Source of the DNA: Thalia democratica
Lineage: Eukaryota
Direction of reading: 5' to 3'
NCBI GenBank assembly: GCA_965202585.1
Contig: OZ241834.1
Coordinates: forward strand, 29,822,001-29,886,000
Length of the DNA: 64,000 nt
Within the stretch, counting starts at the first letter, position 1, and each line of letters starts with the position of its first letter. Of this stretch, positions 26,301-39,158 are shown piece by piece. The position numbers and the translations under genes were made by a program. The notes beneath the pieces are model-generated. The model had not been told where the DNA came from. It saw only the letters and a list, made by a program, of their open reading frames with translations, and did not search any database.

Positions 26301-29300
26301 TTTTCAAAGTTTCGTTTAGTAAATAAAAACCAATGTAATTTATATAAAAAAAACTTTATAAAAATGAATATAGTGTTTTAATTTTAAGTTATAAAGCTTT
26401 TTAGGTTAGAAGTTGTAATTTTATTTTATTTTTCTGTCACAATTTAAATTTTTATACAATAATATTTTTCAAAGCTTTATTAAAACGTAAAAGTGTGAAC
26501 TAAGTCAAAATATGATCAGTTATAGCGTGAGTTTAAAATAGTGTGCACGATTTCTTTTTGACTAATTTTTAGACTTTTAGGAATACATATAAAGCAAATA
26601 TGTATTTGATTACTTTCAAAATGTTTGTATAACCTTAATATGCTTTGACAATGTACAAACAAAACTTATTGAGTTATTAGGATTTTTATCATTTATCATT
26701 AGACTAAGAAAACATCTAAAATAATTTTCTTGTAGCAGGCTTATTATCAAATTTAAACTTATTTTTATAACAAGTGCGTACTTTAAGATGATGTTTTATA
26801 TTAGTTGAATATTATTTTACTAACTAGTTTTATAAACTATTAATATTTGTAAAAAGAAACATTACATTAAAAATGTTCTTATACAACATTTTGTGTGAAA
26901 CTTTTGAACGCTTAAGTACAATAATGTAAGGATGTACAATTATGTAGTAAGGTGTTTGGTTGCTTATATGTAACGGATTAAAATAGTATTGTGAATCTAG
27001 TTTTTTTAGTTTCTAAAAAATCCACTGTTTAAAAAAGTATATACATTTTATTCTTAAAATTACGTTGTTGTTTTGTTTAGTCTCAGTCTCAAAAACCTAT
27101 GTTATTAAAGTTAGAAGTGATATTCACAAACGAATATATTTTGTATGAAAAATATCTTTAAAGTATATTTTAAGCAAAAACAATTCAAAAAACTTATTTT
27201 TCAAATATTTAATAAGAACTTTAGCAAAAACGTTGAAGCTTATTTTACAAACGTGTCAAATTAGGCAATAAACGGCCGAATTAGGCAAGAAAAATGTTAA
27301 AAGCATTAGTTATCTTCTCATTTTCAGTTGTTTTCAATACCGTTTAAGTAGTTAGAAGATTTAGTAGTTTATATAGTAAATTTATTAAACAAGAAAATGT
27401 AATCTTCTAGAAACTTTAAAAGAATTTTGTTATATTTTTTTTTATAAATTTTTGTATTTTAATAAAATTTTTGGCTGCGTCTTCAGAAAAAAGTATACAT
27501 AGAGTTTTGTTTAACTTTTTATTCTTGTTAGGTTATTAAATTATTTAAGTTGTTTTATATACATGTCTACTAAAAAACGTTGGCTAAATACAGTTATTCA
27601 AGTTTTTTATCAGAGACAGACTAAAGGGTTTAAAGAAATTGTTATTTTTAAATAAGATAAGTATTAAGATTTTTACGACATTCTTAGTGGTAATACTTTT
27701 AACTTGAATTTTAAACGTCAAATGAAGTTTCTAAACTGGTAGAATTAGTTATCCTTACAATATTTTTCTAAAAAAAACTTTGGTTTACAATCATTTGTAA
27801 GTTTAAAAATGAAAAATAAAAAAGATTTATGAAATCGTTAAAAAGTTAACTTAAAGCTTAACGTTTTAAAGTTTAATTAGTGTTTTGTTTGCTACTACTC
27901 ATGAACAATAATCAGGTATGATAAACATAAGAAACTTTTTTTTTAATTTAAACAGAAGTTGTCTAAAAAAAAAAGATCAAAAAAAATCAAGAATAATGAC
28001 AAAAAAGGTCACACAACAAACATTACTTAAGAATTTGTATTTTTTGTATTAAATCAAGAATATAACAAATATCTATAATATTTTTTAATTCACTCTTTTG
28101 CAAATCAATTAGCTTGTTTAATGTAAAATTCTATGCATACTATTTATGTTTTTTTAATCACTAGCGAAAACTTTTAATTATTTAACTATTGTAAACTTAG
28201 TTTGATTCATAAAAAGCTTTTAAGACAAAGTAAAAATTATAGTAGTATACTGTGAAAAAAAAGTGTATCTGTTTGTTTTTAAGAAAAGTTCGGTAAAATT
28301 TCTTTACTTTTTTGAAATAAAACAGTAATTGTCTTAATAGTATACTAAAGTACTCTTTTGGATACTTAAAAAACTGTTTTTTTTTGATTTTATAAACTAA
28401 AAGTTTTCTTTTTTTTTTATTACGGCTATTTATCATTAGTAAAACCATTAATAGCTTTTTCATACACCTCATAAATTTTTTTTTTTTATTTTGTCATACT
28501 TTTAAACCAAAAAAACAAGATACTCTTTCTTTAAGTACTTTTACGAGCATGCGGAATGCAACTTGGTCGTATAACTGTTAAATTTTCACTGTTTGACATA
28601 AACAAATGTAAAGTATTCACATGAGTTAACTTTATTCAATATTCAACACAAACAAACCAAGATCCTCGTTCAATGAGGATCTTCACGCAGTCCACGTGAC
28701 CTTCAGAAGCAGCCAACCACAAGCAAGTTCGCCCGCATCTGTTCCTCGCGTCTATTATGACGTCATTATTCGTGACGTCAACGCTATCGTTACTATCGTC
28801 GAAAAGGGCGAAAAGAGGAAAGTCGCCATTGAGAATCTTCACCAGCTGAAAATATTAGTTAAAAGCAAGATTAAAACATAAAAATGTTAAAAGTAAAAGA
28901 AACTTAAATCGTAAGTGATCAAGTTTTAAACAGTCTTGTTTTTTGTTTTGGTTAATTTTTTAGACTAAAAGTACACTTTTAAAGAACTGAAACGCTAACT
29001 TAATAAAGACCATTTTATTTTTTTGAAAATGATAAGCTGTAGAAAAGTACATAATAATAGTAAAGTAATAGTAATACACAGGCACATAATAGTAACTATA
29101 ACCTTTGTAACTTTTAAGAATAGAAACAGTTCGAAATAAAATTTTGGTCAAACGTAAGTTTTTTAAAACGTTTTGTAATAGATTGCTTGACTTTAAGTCT
29201 TGTATAGCAAATAAATTAATAAATTTTTGAGGTTTAACTGTTATTATAGATAAAAATTACATTCATAAGCTTTTTTATTAAGTTTAAATTTTTCATTTAA

Positions 29301-30471
29301 AGGTATCAAAACATCATTAAAAAGTATATTTTAACTAAGCGAAACATAAATGCTTTTTAAAAGCTAAAACTTTGGAATTGTTCTTAATGTTTTAGCAAAC
29401 TTTGCTGTCTTTTCAATTTTTTTCTAATTATGTACAGTAAACGACAAATTTAAAGATTTTAAATTATTTGATTTAAAACTAAAAAAATTAATAAAAAAAT
29501 ACTTAAATACCGTAATAGATGTCTTGTATATAAGTGTTTAAATGTAAAATAAATTTAGTAGTTTTATAAACTTATAGATTTTAGTTTACAAAAACTGTTT
29601 AATGATACCACTAACATTTAACATTTTATAAGCTTTGGCATAAATTTAATATATATTATTTTGTTTTAATTAAAATAAACTATGTTTATAAAATAAAAAC
29701 CTGAACGTCTTTGTCTTACAATTAAAACGTCTTTTATTTCATTTAAACACTCTTATTTGTTAACAACTTGACAGTAATGATTCGTCTTTTTCTGTAAAAT
29801 ATTGGGACACGTTCAAAATCCAGCCGCGATTAAAATCCACCCGCGTTCAAAATCCACCCAGTCGAATTCGAGAACCGCTTACCGAACGAGGGTAAGGGTT
29901 AGGGGTAACAGTGATAGTGAAAAATAAATAAAAAATAAAGGTAAAGAAATTCAAAAAATATATAAAATAAATCAGTAAATCAAGAAATGTAAAAAAAATG
30001 TGTGGATTTTGAACGCGGGTGGATTTTGATAGTATACCAAAATATTAAACACTAATGTATTATTTTCTTTTTACAACAACGGATTTTTCTTATTTTAGGT
30101 ATTTAAGTTAATTTTACTTTGACTTCAAATTGTTTTTTCCTTTTTAAAGAATGCACTCATAGAAAGAACTCAAAAATGCTAGATAAACTTTAGCAATTTT
30201 ATAAAATATTTGTAAGTTTTCATCGATTTAAAACTAAGTTTTTAATTTACTTTGGTTTCAGTTTTTTTTTTTCATTTTTCTCGAAACTCTACACATAATG
30301 TCGGATAAACTTTAACAAACTTCAATAACTTTTCTTATATTTTTAAATTGACGTCAAATAAGAACTAACAGTATCAGTATCTCCGCATCTGGCCGCCCTG
30401 TGTAAGTTATTTTCCGAAGAGAGGTTTTTGAAGGAGCTTGCGAATGCAGAAACAACGTCAAACTTCTTCAT
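20378..30471 (-). CDS. Ankyrin-repeat and SOCS-box protein (ASB1/ASB12-like), 313 aa, 5 coding exons
   Basis: Exons 30471-30370, 28845-28658, 23005-22743, 21779-21531, 20517-20378; GT-AG, phases 0/2/1/1, total 942 nt. Ankyrin repeats LHRAARCGD, CLWLAASEGHVDCVKILIERG, DVKGQTPLFAAV, SSPLHVAI, PLHMCL. C-terminal SOCS box NPLKLTQLCRIKIRSVLG...LPSFMRDYL. DVKGQT/GADPDGS recalls ASB1 and ASB12 (from memory, not searched). Confidence 0.9.
21064..21373. mobile_element. Degenerate foldback/MITE in the last ASB intron (~124-bp inverted arms, ~60-bp loop)
   Basis: aaacctcatgttttaaatttaggagtaatta...tttctcataacaaaag (from 21064) pairs with cttttgttatgagaaagc...taattactcttaaattaaaaatatgaggttt (to 21373). 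The inner tgtgcttgttt/aaacaagcaca also pair. Confidence 0.65.
23311..23534. repeat. ~78-bp direct repeat, period 147 nt
   Basis: ataaatgaaagt(t/g)atttacggat(c/t)gttatcaatgaac...atagaagaaata(c/a)ttgtaagctt at 23311-23388 and 23458-23534. Confidence 0.8.
29804..30038. mobile_element. 235-bp MITE with GG...CC termini and an 8-bp TSD (Merlin-like)
   Basis: TSD aaaatatt at 29796-29803 and 30039-30046. Terminal 18-mers match at 14/18. Subterminal inverted repeat aaaatccacccgcgttcaaaatccac / gtggattttgaacgcgggtggatttt. Internal gggtaagggttagggg. Lies in ASB intron 1. Superfamily is inferred from termini and TSD length only. Confidence 0.75.
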
Positions 30472-30547
30472 TTGTTTTCAAATTATTTTCAGGCTTTCTA
30501 AAATCTATCTCTAAATATCAAAGTTATGTAAGAACACAATTTTAAGC

Positions 30548-30576
30548 TAGTGATGGGCAATGTACGGCCAGCGGGC
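30548..30576 (+). mobile_element. Possible 5'-end relic of a hAT/Charlie-type MITE
   Basis: tagtgatgggcaatgtacggccagcgggc resembles the cagtgatgggcaacc..cggcccgcgggcc ends of hAT MITEs. No matching right end or TSD found. Confidence 0.3.
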
Positions 30577-33500
30577 TGGCCTGAAACGTAATTTCTAGCT
30601 TAAAAATAACTTCTGCAAAACTTGAGCTGTTTTTTAAGAAACAACTTTAAATATCCTCATTATTTGATTTTCTTTACGCATAATTCACTGTTAAATGACT
30701 ATTCTATTTAAATTTTCTTTTTAAATAGTCTGTTTTATACTTCAAATTTTCAAATTTACGCTGTCTACAAAAAAGCTTTCTAAAACGTCCTGCCTGCGAA
30801 ATACTTTAGCTTATAATTTTTTTTTAAGCTGCTAACCCTTATCTTAAAAGCAGTTTATAACTGTAGAGTTAGTTCTTTAATTTTTAATGACCTTTAGAAG
30901 CATATTATTATGAATTTTTTTAATGTTAATTTTACCAATATGTAAGAATGAAATACAATTACTACTTATGTTACTTTTGACGTAAAATTTTTAAAAGAAA
31001 AATGTTATACTAAAAATGTCTAAAAATTGAAAAACTACCACTATTTTAAAAACTACTTAATTTTTTTCATATTGGAACTTTTATCAACTATTACAACTTA
31101 ATTTTCTGACTAACAAAAATTACTAAAAAACAAAAAACTATATAAATTTAGACAAATTTTAGAATAAATTGCAACTTAAGAAAACTTTTGTCTCAAACTC
31201 TATATTGCTTATACGGTATAAAAAAAAAAAATTATATAAGTTGCAGTTTTTTCATACCTTTTCAATAAAAAAAAGTCAACTTGATTCATACGTGTTGACT
31301 AGTTGATTTGTTTGACATCGTTTTAAACTGACAAACTTATAGCTTAAAGTTTTTATAATTTTAATCTTTCAGTGGTACTGCTTAAAATCTGTTTCACATC
31401 ACGTATGCTATCACACCGGTGAGATAGCTAAACAGCTGATGATAACTCTCTAGAGAGATACGAGTAGTAGTTGTGTTTGAATAAACTTGAATTTATATAT
31501 TATCTTTCAGTGTTGGATCACTACTGTTTTTATAAATGCACTATATATTCGTTTGATTGATAGAATTTTCAAAACGGTAAAAATCCCATTGAACACATAA
31601 TATTTCAAACTTAATCAAGTAGATACAAAATACATTGTTGGTTTTAAAACTTTTCTACTCTTATAGTTATCTTAAAGGCCCTGATAGTAATTACAATACA
31701 AATTATAAATTTTAGTTGTGTTTAACTAAGCTCGAGTTAACTAAAGTGATCAATAAAGTAGTAAACTGAAAAAAAGCATATTTTTAAAAATTATGATTCA
31801 TAATAAAACTGAACAGAACTTCATTGGAAGTATAAAGTTGTTGATCATTATAAAATGAATGTTTTTACAAGATACATTGCTAAATAGAAAAATTTTCATA
31901 AGATTTTCTATAGACGTTGGTATAATTTAGTTGCACTTTATCATACTTAACTTGAATAACAAATAAAAAATTGTTTGCCAAAAGTGATAGTGAAAATTTT
32001 TATACATAACCTACAAAAACGTTTGTTTATATTATCAGTGATATTCATTTTAATTATTATTTAACAACGTTTATAAATAAAAAAAAACTATACAAATAGT
32101 AATATTAAGATGTACTGCTATACTGTTTTACTTTTTTTTTAGGTGTTTTAATATAACTCAAAAACTGTGCTTGTATACATACTCTTAGCTCTTTAAAAGT
32201 TATGTAGTAAGAATTGATAAAATGAAGTAATAACTTTGTAAGAAAATAATAAATAGCTTGTAAAAAATCAAAAAAACCTGCATAAAAAATGTCATACATA
32301 AAGGTTTAAGTTATACACTGTAAAATTAATATAGATTTAAAGTTAATAGTGATAAAGACTAAAAAATATGAAACAAGTTTAATACATTTTAACCCGTTTC
32401 AAAATTAGTATTCTTTTTTAAGTTAACTTTTAGAAAATTATTTTAGGTAAAATGTAGTAACTAAACTATATACTTATTTACTCAGTATACTTTTTTATCA
32501 ATAAAACGAATGAGTTCTTATTTACTTTATTCAACTAAATAGTAATAACTCAACACTTTTAGTTAATAAAGAAGTAAATTGTGTTAATGGATATAATGGT
32601 TAGGTACAACACTTTATCTAAAATAAAAGTTGTAGTAAGTTAATAACTGTTTAAGTTCTTAGTAAATAGCTAACTTAGATAATTTTTGAGTAGATGCAGA
32701 TTTAAAAAACATTTTTTAATTGAAAACTACTCAAAAACTATATAAATAATATGTTATGATAAGTAATGCATTTAAAAGCACGTTAACGTATTTAGTACAT
32801 TATAAAGCACAATAAAATATCGATACACGTTTGAAATTGTTTTAACATTTATTGTAACCCTACATAATTATGTTAATTATATTTCTAATTTAGTGCATCA
32901 GTACTTTTGTACTGCCCACAACCTTTTGACAATACTATTAAAACTGACGACTTTGAAAGTAAAGCAGTTGTTATTTACTATAAATATAATAAATATTTGT
33001 AGTAAGTTTACATTTATAAATTTATAAGTACTATAAATTAAGATACCGACGATTAGTGTTCATGATAAGCTCTAATTAACATTTGACTTTACTTTTGTTT
33101 TGAAGTAATTGAATATGTCAGGTTTACTTATCATTTATCAGCAACCATTATCAGATATTTCTATGTTTTTAGAAGAGTTTTAGAAAACTAAGCTAATCAA
33201 GGAACGCCTCTTCAGTTCCTTATATTTAAATGCTTATGAAATAAGGTATCTTTAATTGCAAGAACATTAAATAATTAAAACTTAGATTAGATATCAAACA
33301 CTTTTAGTTATTTTTTAGGAATAGGCTAAACCCATGGTAATAGTTTGAATTTTTTGAAACAAATATGGGAACTGAAAAGTACTTTTAGTCTTCAAACAAA
33401 AGCTCTGAACTAGTTAATGCTTAATGAATATAACTCTAAACACTTTATATATATATATTTAAAACTTTTGAAATAACCTAAAAATTAAATGAAAAGAAAA

Positions 33501-33816
33501 TGTTTTTAGAAACAAAATTTATGTATTTTAATTTTGTATTTTAACAGTAGTTCTTTTTAAAAACATAATAGGTATAGTAAAAAGATTATTATAATTTACT
33601 TTTTTTGAATAATTTAAGCATATTCCCTATATAACAAAAAATTAATACACTTAGTTTTGACTATATTTTATAAGTTTTAGCAAAAATCTCAGGTAGCATA
33701 AAGTTTTACAAACAGTGCTGTTCTAGTTTTTATTGTTAATCATATAGTTTTAAACAACACAAAATACTTTAACTTTAAAACAGGATTCTAATATTTCTAA
33801 TTTTCATCACACATGG

Positions 33817-34671
33817 ATGGATATGTGGAATTGCTCTGAATCAGACGACGACATTTCTCGCCCCTCAAGCGCCGAAACGGATGAGTATCGCGAAAATTTG
33901 CCCGACGTCTGGAAAAGCGTCTCGCACGCGTCCGGCATGATACTGTAGGTGCACGAAGCGAATAAAGTTGCCACTTTGTCGCGCCCGTACTCTTACCACA
34001 GCTCGGCACGCTCGGAAGGAATTCCGTCGGCACGCTCGGAAGATATGCGGCGGCCAGCTAGGCGAAAGTCTAAACCATCAACGAGTTGCCGACGATCGTA
34101 GGCTCGAGCGAGCCCGAAGAAATGACACATGGTGACAAAAGCTGCTCTCCGCTAAACTTCACTGATGACGGTTCAACGGCTCCGCGCGGTGAACCCGAGG
34201 CTGACGACATTCCTCCAAAACGTTTCGCTCCGGAAACATCGAGCGTTGAAGTGTCGACAGTGCTGGGTTCTAGTTTGAACGAGCTTAATAAAATGTCATC
34301 TGATGACGACATTTCAAACGAGTTTAATTTCACCGGTGACGTTATTTGCTGATACCGCGGCTGGTGGCAGCTCGTCAACAGAAACTGGTCCAGTTGAAGT
34401 GTCAAATGGGAGAAACGCAATCCAACTGGAAAAAAATGGCAGAGGCTTTCCGCTTTACATCAAACACCGAGATTTTCGTGTCGAGACTGCGACGGAGCCG
34501 GAAACGAGGCGGAACCGTCGGAATAGAAATGTCACGGGAATTGTTGAAAGACGCGGTAATGACGACGTTCCAAAACGGCCGTCAAAGAGAGGCGGCAAAC
34601 CGGGCGAAGAAGCTTTTGATGGGGAACAAAAGCAACGGAAGTTCGGCTTCGAATGTCAAAATGGAAAGTAA
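33817..34671 (+). pseudogene. GC/CpG-rich broken single-exon ORF for a low-complexity acidic/basic protein
   Basis: ATG at 33817 (MDMWNCSESDDDISRPSS...), one TAG, then two frame changes link the track ORFs 34086-34352 and 34303-34671. Recurrent gacgacatt/DDI motifs and a 24-nt tandem duplication near 34003-34042. No recognisable domain. Confidence 0.4.
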
Positions 34672-35190
34672 GAACCAAGCCGCATTAGAAAACTGTGAAA
34701 ATTCTCCTGCCCGGTTTTGATGTGGTTTGTTAAAACGCTTTTGCGCTTGATGGGGAATAACTCAATATAATTAATTTGTGTTCATTTGTTTAAAAAAATA
34801 TTGCTTAAAAGTTATATTGTGGAAGCTTTGTTGTTCATATTTTTTACAAGGGACGCGTGTAAAAGTTTGTTGCGTTTTTTAGCTGACATTTTAACTTTCT
34901 CTTAGAAATTAAGTGTAGGAAAATGTTTAATACTTTTTTTTCTTTTTAGTTGTAGCGCTGCTATTTAAAACTTTTACAAATTTTGTATGTTGGGCTTACT
35001 TGCTAGGCTTTAAGGAATGTTTGTATTGTTTGCTTCTTAATTTAGTATGAATAAACACAGATGTAGATACTAACAAATAAGCTTAAACCTAACTAATCCG
35101 AATTAAAAACGAGATAAGTATAAAATATGAGTTATTTGTGATAAGGTTTTTGTTTAATGATTAATTTTCTGTGTTACTAATATATACTAA

Positions 35191-35717
35191 CAAAGGCGTC
35201 GCGTGGGGTGTTGCACTGCCGCAATTGCACCACCTTAAAATTTTTAAAGAAAAAATTAAGTATTTATAACGTTTTAGAAATTTTTTAGAACAAAAACTCT
35301 TTTAAAACTCCAATTTAGACAACGACCATTTTGCTCACTTCACTGCCGCAAACTCTTAGCTTGCGGTAAGTAAGCAAAGTTGAAAATTCCCTGAAACAGT
35401 ACAGGTTTATGTATCATTCACAGGTTATTGTATACAAAAAATGAAAACAAAGCTAAGCAGAGCAGAGGTAACTCGAGTAGACGCAACACAAGCAGAGGCG
35501 ATTCGAGCAAAAGAAACTCGTGTAGAGGCAACTCGAGTAGAAGCAACACAAGCAGAGGAGATTCGAGCAGAAGCAACTCGAAGAAAGGCAACTCGAGCAG
35601 AGGCAACTCGAGGAGAAGCAACACATGCAGAGGCGATTCGAGCACCGGCAAATCGAGCACCGGCAACTCGATTTTTTTTTCTGCACTACCTAGGAAAAAT
35701 ACCACGCGACGCCACTG
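35191..35717 (+). mobile_element. Complete 527-bp non-autonomous hAT-like element with an internal 15-nt minisatellite
   Basis: 16-bp TIRs caaaggcgtcgcgtgg / ccacgcgacgccactg (2 mismatches). 8-bp TSD tatactaa at 35183-35190 and 35718-35725. Internal (gcaactcgagcagag)n at ~35460-35670. Absent from the equivalent point of the right arm. Confidence 0.9.
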
Positions 35718-38138
35718 TATACTAATACTACTAACATTAAAGTCTTTTAAACCAAAATCAGTTAGAATTTCTCCAAGGAAATTTATTTATATATTTCAGT
35801 TTTAAAATAGTTTTTTAAACCTAAACAAGCTTTTCGTAATTTTATCAAACGTAAACTAAAGATCTGCACTGCTTAACAAACAAGTCAATTTTCTCTTAAC
35901 ATGTATTTTTGACTTATGAAGCGTTTTACATCTTATATACTCTACTAAGTTGTAATACTCTTTTCAACAAGGTTATTGTTGATAAAATAATATTTTAATG
36001 TGCGCTTTTTTTTTCAATTTTTACAAAAATAATATTTTAGTCATCAGAAAACAAAAATGAAGCTGAAACGTGCAATAGTAATATTGTTTGATAAAAGGTT
36101 ACAGAAATAAAACGAAGAAAAATAAAAGTCTTTAAAGAATTACAGTTGTAGTAAATAAGTAAAACATTAAAACATTTATCAAAAATCTTGAGTTTTTGTT
36201 ATTTTGAATGTTTTTAGACCAAGTCGTCAGTATATCAATTTAATTGCTTTATATGTTTACAAGCTCTTCTTAAAAGCAAATAGAGAACCTTCTTAAAATT
36301 CAACAAGCTCATATTAATAAAACAAACACGAACTGCCAAGTAGTGTTTACTGAAAAAAGTTATCAATTACGCTTAACGATTTTAATAGTTTGCTTCTCTA
36401 AAATTAGGTTTATGTTTTTCGTTCACAGCTAACATATATAATGTTTGTTTAAACAGATGACAGTTTATTTAAGTGTCAATAAGAAGCAACCTTTAGTCTT
36501 GAAATTAGAAATGTAGTTGTTTGCTAAAGAAAAAGTAGCGGCTTACTCTTTGGTGCTTCAAATAGATGTTTTACAAAGATTGTTTTATAACATGTACCAC
36601 TATAAGTTTATTATTTTTCTAAAAAAATGTTGAGGTTCTTTGTTTGTTTTAGTTGGAAAATATATTAGTTGTGTGGTTTACTACAGTTTATAAATTAGCG
36701 CAAAATTTTTTTTTTATTTCAGAAAAAAAATAGTTACAAAAAGACGAGCTTAAAAATGGTCCCTAAGAAAAAGTTACACAAAAAACAGAACTAAATTAAT
36801 AAAATGTTCGTTTTCACCAGAACAGTAGTTAAAAATTTTTACAGAAGTTCACTTCCTTACTTTTTTACTCTTAGGTTTTTACTTTATATTAAAAAGAATC
36901 TTATGCGTTTTCACAGTATTGTTTTATAACATTATACTCAAGCTTTATAATAAAATAATTCTATGCTTTAAAAATGTATATGTCCTACTTAAAATTTTCC
37001 ATAAAAATGTTTTTAAGGGTATTTACGTTTATATATATATACGTTTATATAAAGTATAGTTTTTTATATGTTCCTAAAATGTTAACAATTTTGTATGTGT
37101 GTTTAGTTTCAAGATAAAGTTAAAACCTGAGAAAAAATTGTTAACAGTAAAATTTTATATTTTAGGTTTGTTAGTTTTTTCTTTGAATAAAAACCAACAA
37201 AAACAATTTGACAATAAATTTTTTTCAAGTAATTATCTTAAAGTTAAGAATAAATACAAAGTAACGCTCTTGTACTATGATTAAGCGGTTCTAAAAGTAG
37301 TTAAGTTATTTTACAACTTTTAGTTTAAAGATATGCAAGCTTAGAAGTAATAAGTTTTTGATTTTATAACAGCTTTAGAATTTTGATTGCTCGTTTATAT
37401 TTTTTAGTTTGTTTAGTTAGATGCTTTAAGTAAAATAGATAGAAATAACTATTTAAATGTAAACATTATATTTTTTAGTCATTATCTTTATTTTCTTATC
37501 CAAAATAATATAACTTAGTGTATAGTAATTAAGTACAATTTTACAATACTATTTTAAAACTAAATTTTATGCTTTTATACATTTCAGCTTTAAATGTTAT
37601 ACAAAACTACATTACTAAACAACTTTTTATCGTTACAACCTAAATTTTATCGTATTTTTAATTCTCTGTTATTTTTCTCTCTAGTAACTCTTAATTTTTT
37701 TTATTACAATTATACTTACAAAACAGCTTTAACGTTCCAAAACCTAAAAGATTTTATTTGACATATTATTAACTGCATAAAATTAATACAAGTTAAAAAT
37801 TAAATAATTATTGTTTAAATCATGTTGTAGTCAACCATATATAATTGTTATATTTATGATAGAGTAAAGTTTCATAGCTTAGCTATGTATAAAAATGTTG
37901 ACTCAAAATGTTAAGAAAAAGAACTAAAAGTTTAATTTATAAAGCATTTAGTATAAGCTTACTTTAAATATAAACAATATGAATACAAATACTGGAAGCT
38001 AAGTTTTAAGCTAAAACAAAATCCGAATAGCACATAATCATTTGCTTTATTTATTAAATCAGCGGTATTTAGTTTAATATTATAAACCTTACAGTAAAAT
38101 TTTAAACGTTTACAATTTTTGCTCTTAAGTCTTGGTAG

Positions 38139-38845
38139 ATGCGCTTGCCGAATCAACCAGTATATCGTCAGCGATCAACTTAGTAGCGCACCTTCCAAAC
38201 GGGAGTTAATTAGCAACGGTATTTTCATTCCGCACGTGACAAGACAATCAGCCGATGCGGAATCCATTTCAGACGTTGAGGAAAGTTCAAGCGATCCATC
38301 AGACACAAAAAGTTTTTTTTTTCAGATCTACAAACTAAAACGCCACTAGTTCAGCAAAGGGATTACCAAATCTACCAGTGAATAAAAAACAACCAGATAC
38401 TAACGGTACACACCAGTTGTTGTTCAACCAGTAAACAAAAAACAACCAGCTACTAATGTTCACCAACCAGGCGATTCGAAACCAGTGAATAAAATGCAAC
38501 CAGCTACTAATGTTCATCAACCAGATGATTCGAAACCATTGAATAAAAAGCAACCAGCTACTAATGTTCACCAACCAGATGATTCGAAACCAGTGAACAA
38601 AAAAACAACTACCAGCTACTAATGTTCACCAACCAGATGATTCGAAACCAGTGAACAAAAAGCAACTAGGTACTAATGTTCACCAACCAGGCTATTCGAA
38701 ACCAGTTAATGATCAGCAACCCAACGACCCTCCAAGTGAAACTAATTCCACCGGATGTTTGCGGAAATATCTTGTTACTTTCTTTAGTTTGAAAAACTTT
38801 TCAAGCTTCATCTCATCACACGATGGTTTCTGTACAAAACTTTAA
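38139..38845 (+). pseudogene. Cassette gene A, left copy: Q/P/N-rich repeat protein, disrupted
   Basis: ATG 38139, TAG at codon 15 (38181), T10 run versus T8 in the right copy, A7 frameshift at 38599-38605. Five 54-nt repeat units (38446-38719). Tail STGCLRKYLVTFFSL...CTKL*. Confidence 0.75.
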
Positions 38846-39158
38846 ATGCTCAATTGTTTATGTTTGGTGTTTTTTAATTTGTTACAGTTAATTTTTCATT
38901 ATAGGATTGTTTTGTACTAGTCTTAAAATTGAATTTAAAAGACAGTTATTATAGTTTTTAGTTAAAATTTACAAGTATACTGGTCTTCAAACAATATTAT
39001 TATTATACACTTTCTATTTCCAAACATGCTAAAATTGTCAATAGTTTTGTCATGTTCTTTTCACAAAATCTAAGTAAGACTTTCATTAAAAGTACTACAT
39101 AATTAAAAAATTATACGCATAAATAATTTTGAACAGACTTATAATAAACTTTTGAAAG

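Noticed and set aside
24250-33000. Remaining short track ORFs (e.g. 24250, 28197, 28960, 32105; also 9626, 17439, 37099, 44544, 47661, 54014)
   Set aside because: K/F/L/I-rich translations of AT-rich intronic or intergenic DNA, often with non-ATG starts and no splice-phase or domain support.
35418-35805. Four overlapping ORFs (Leu/Glu, Arg/Ser, EATR and Cys-rich; also 45502-45687)
   Set aside because: Products of the 15-nt minisatellite inside a non-autonomous hAT element; not a metallothionein or SR protein.
36753-36795. 12-codon ORF M(V/I)PKKKL(H/R)KKQN* present in both arms
   Set aside because: Too short; conservation is explained by the duplication itself.
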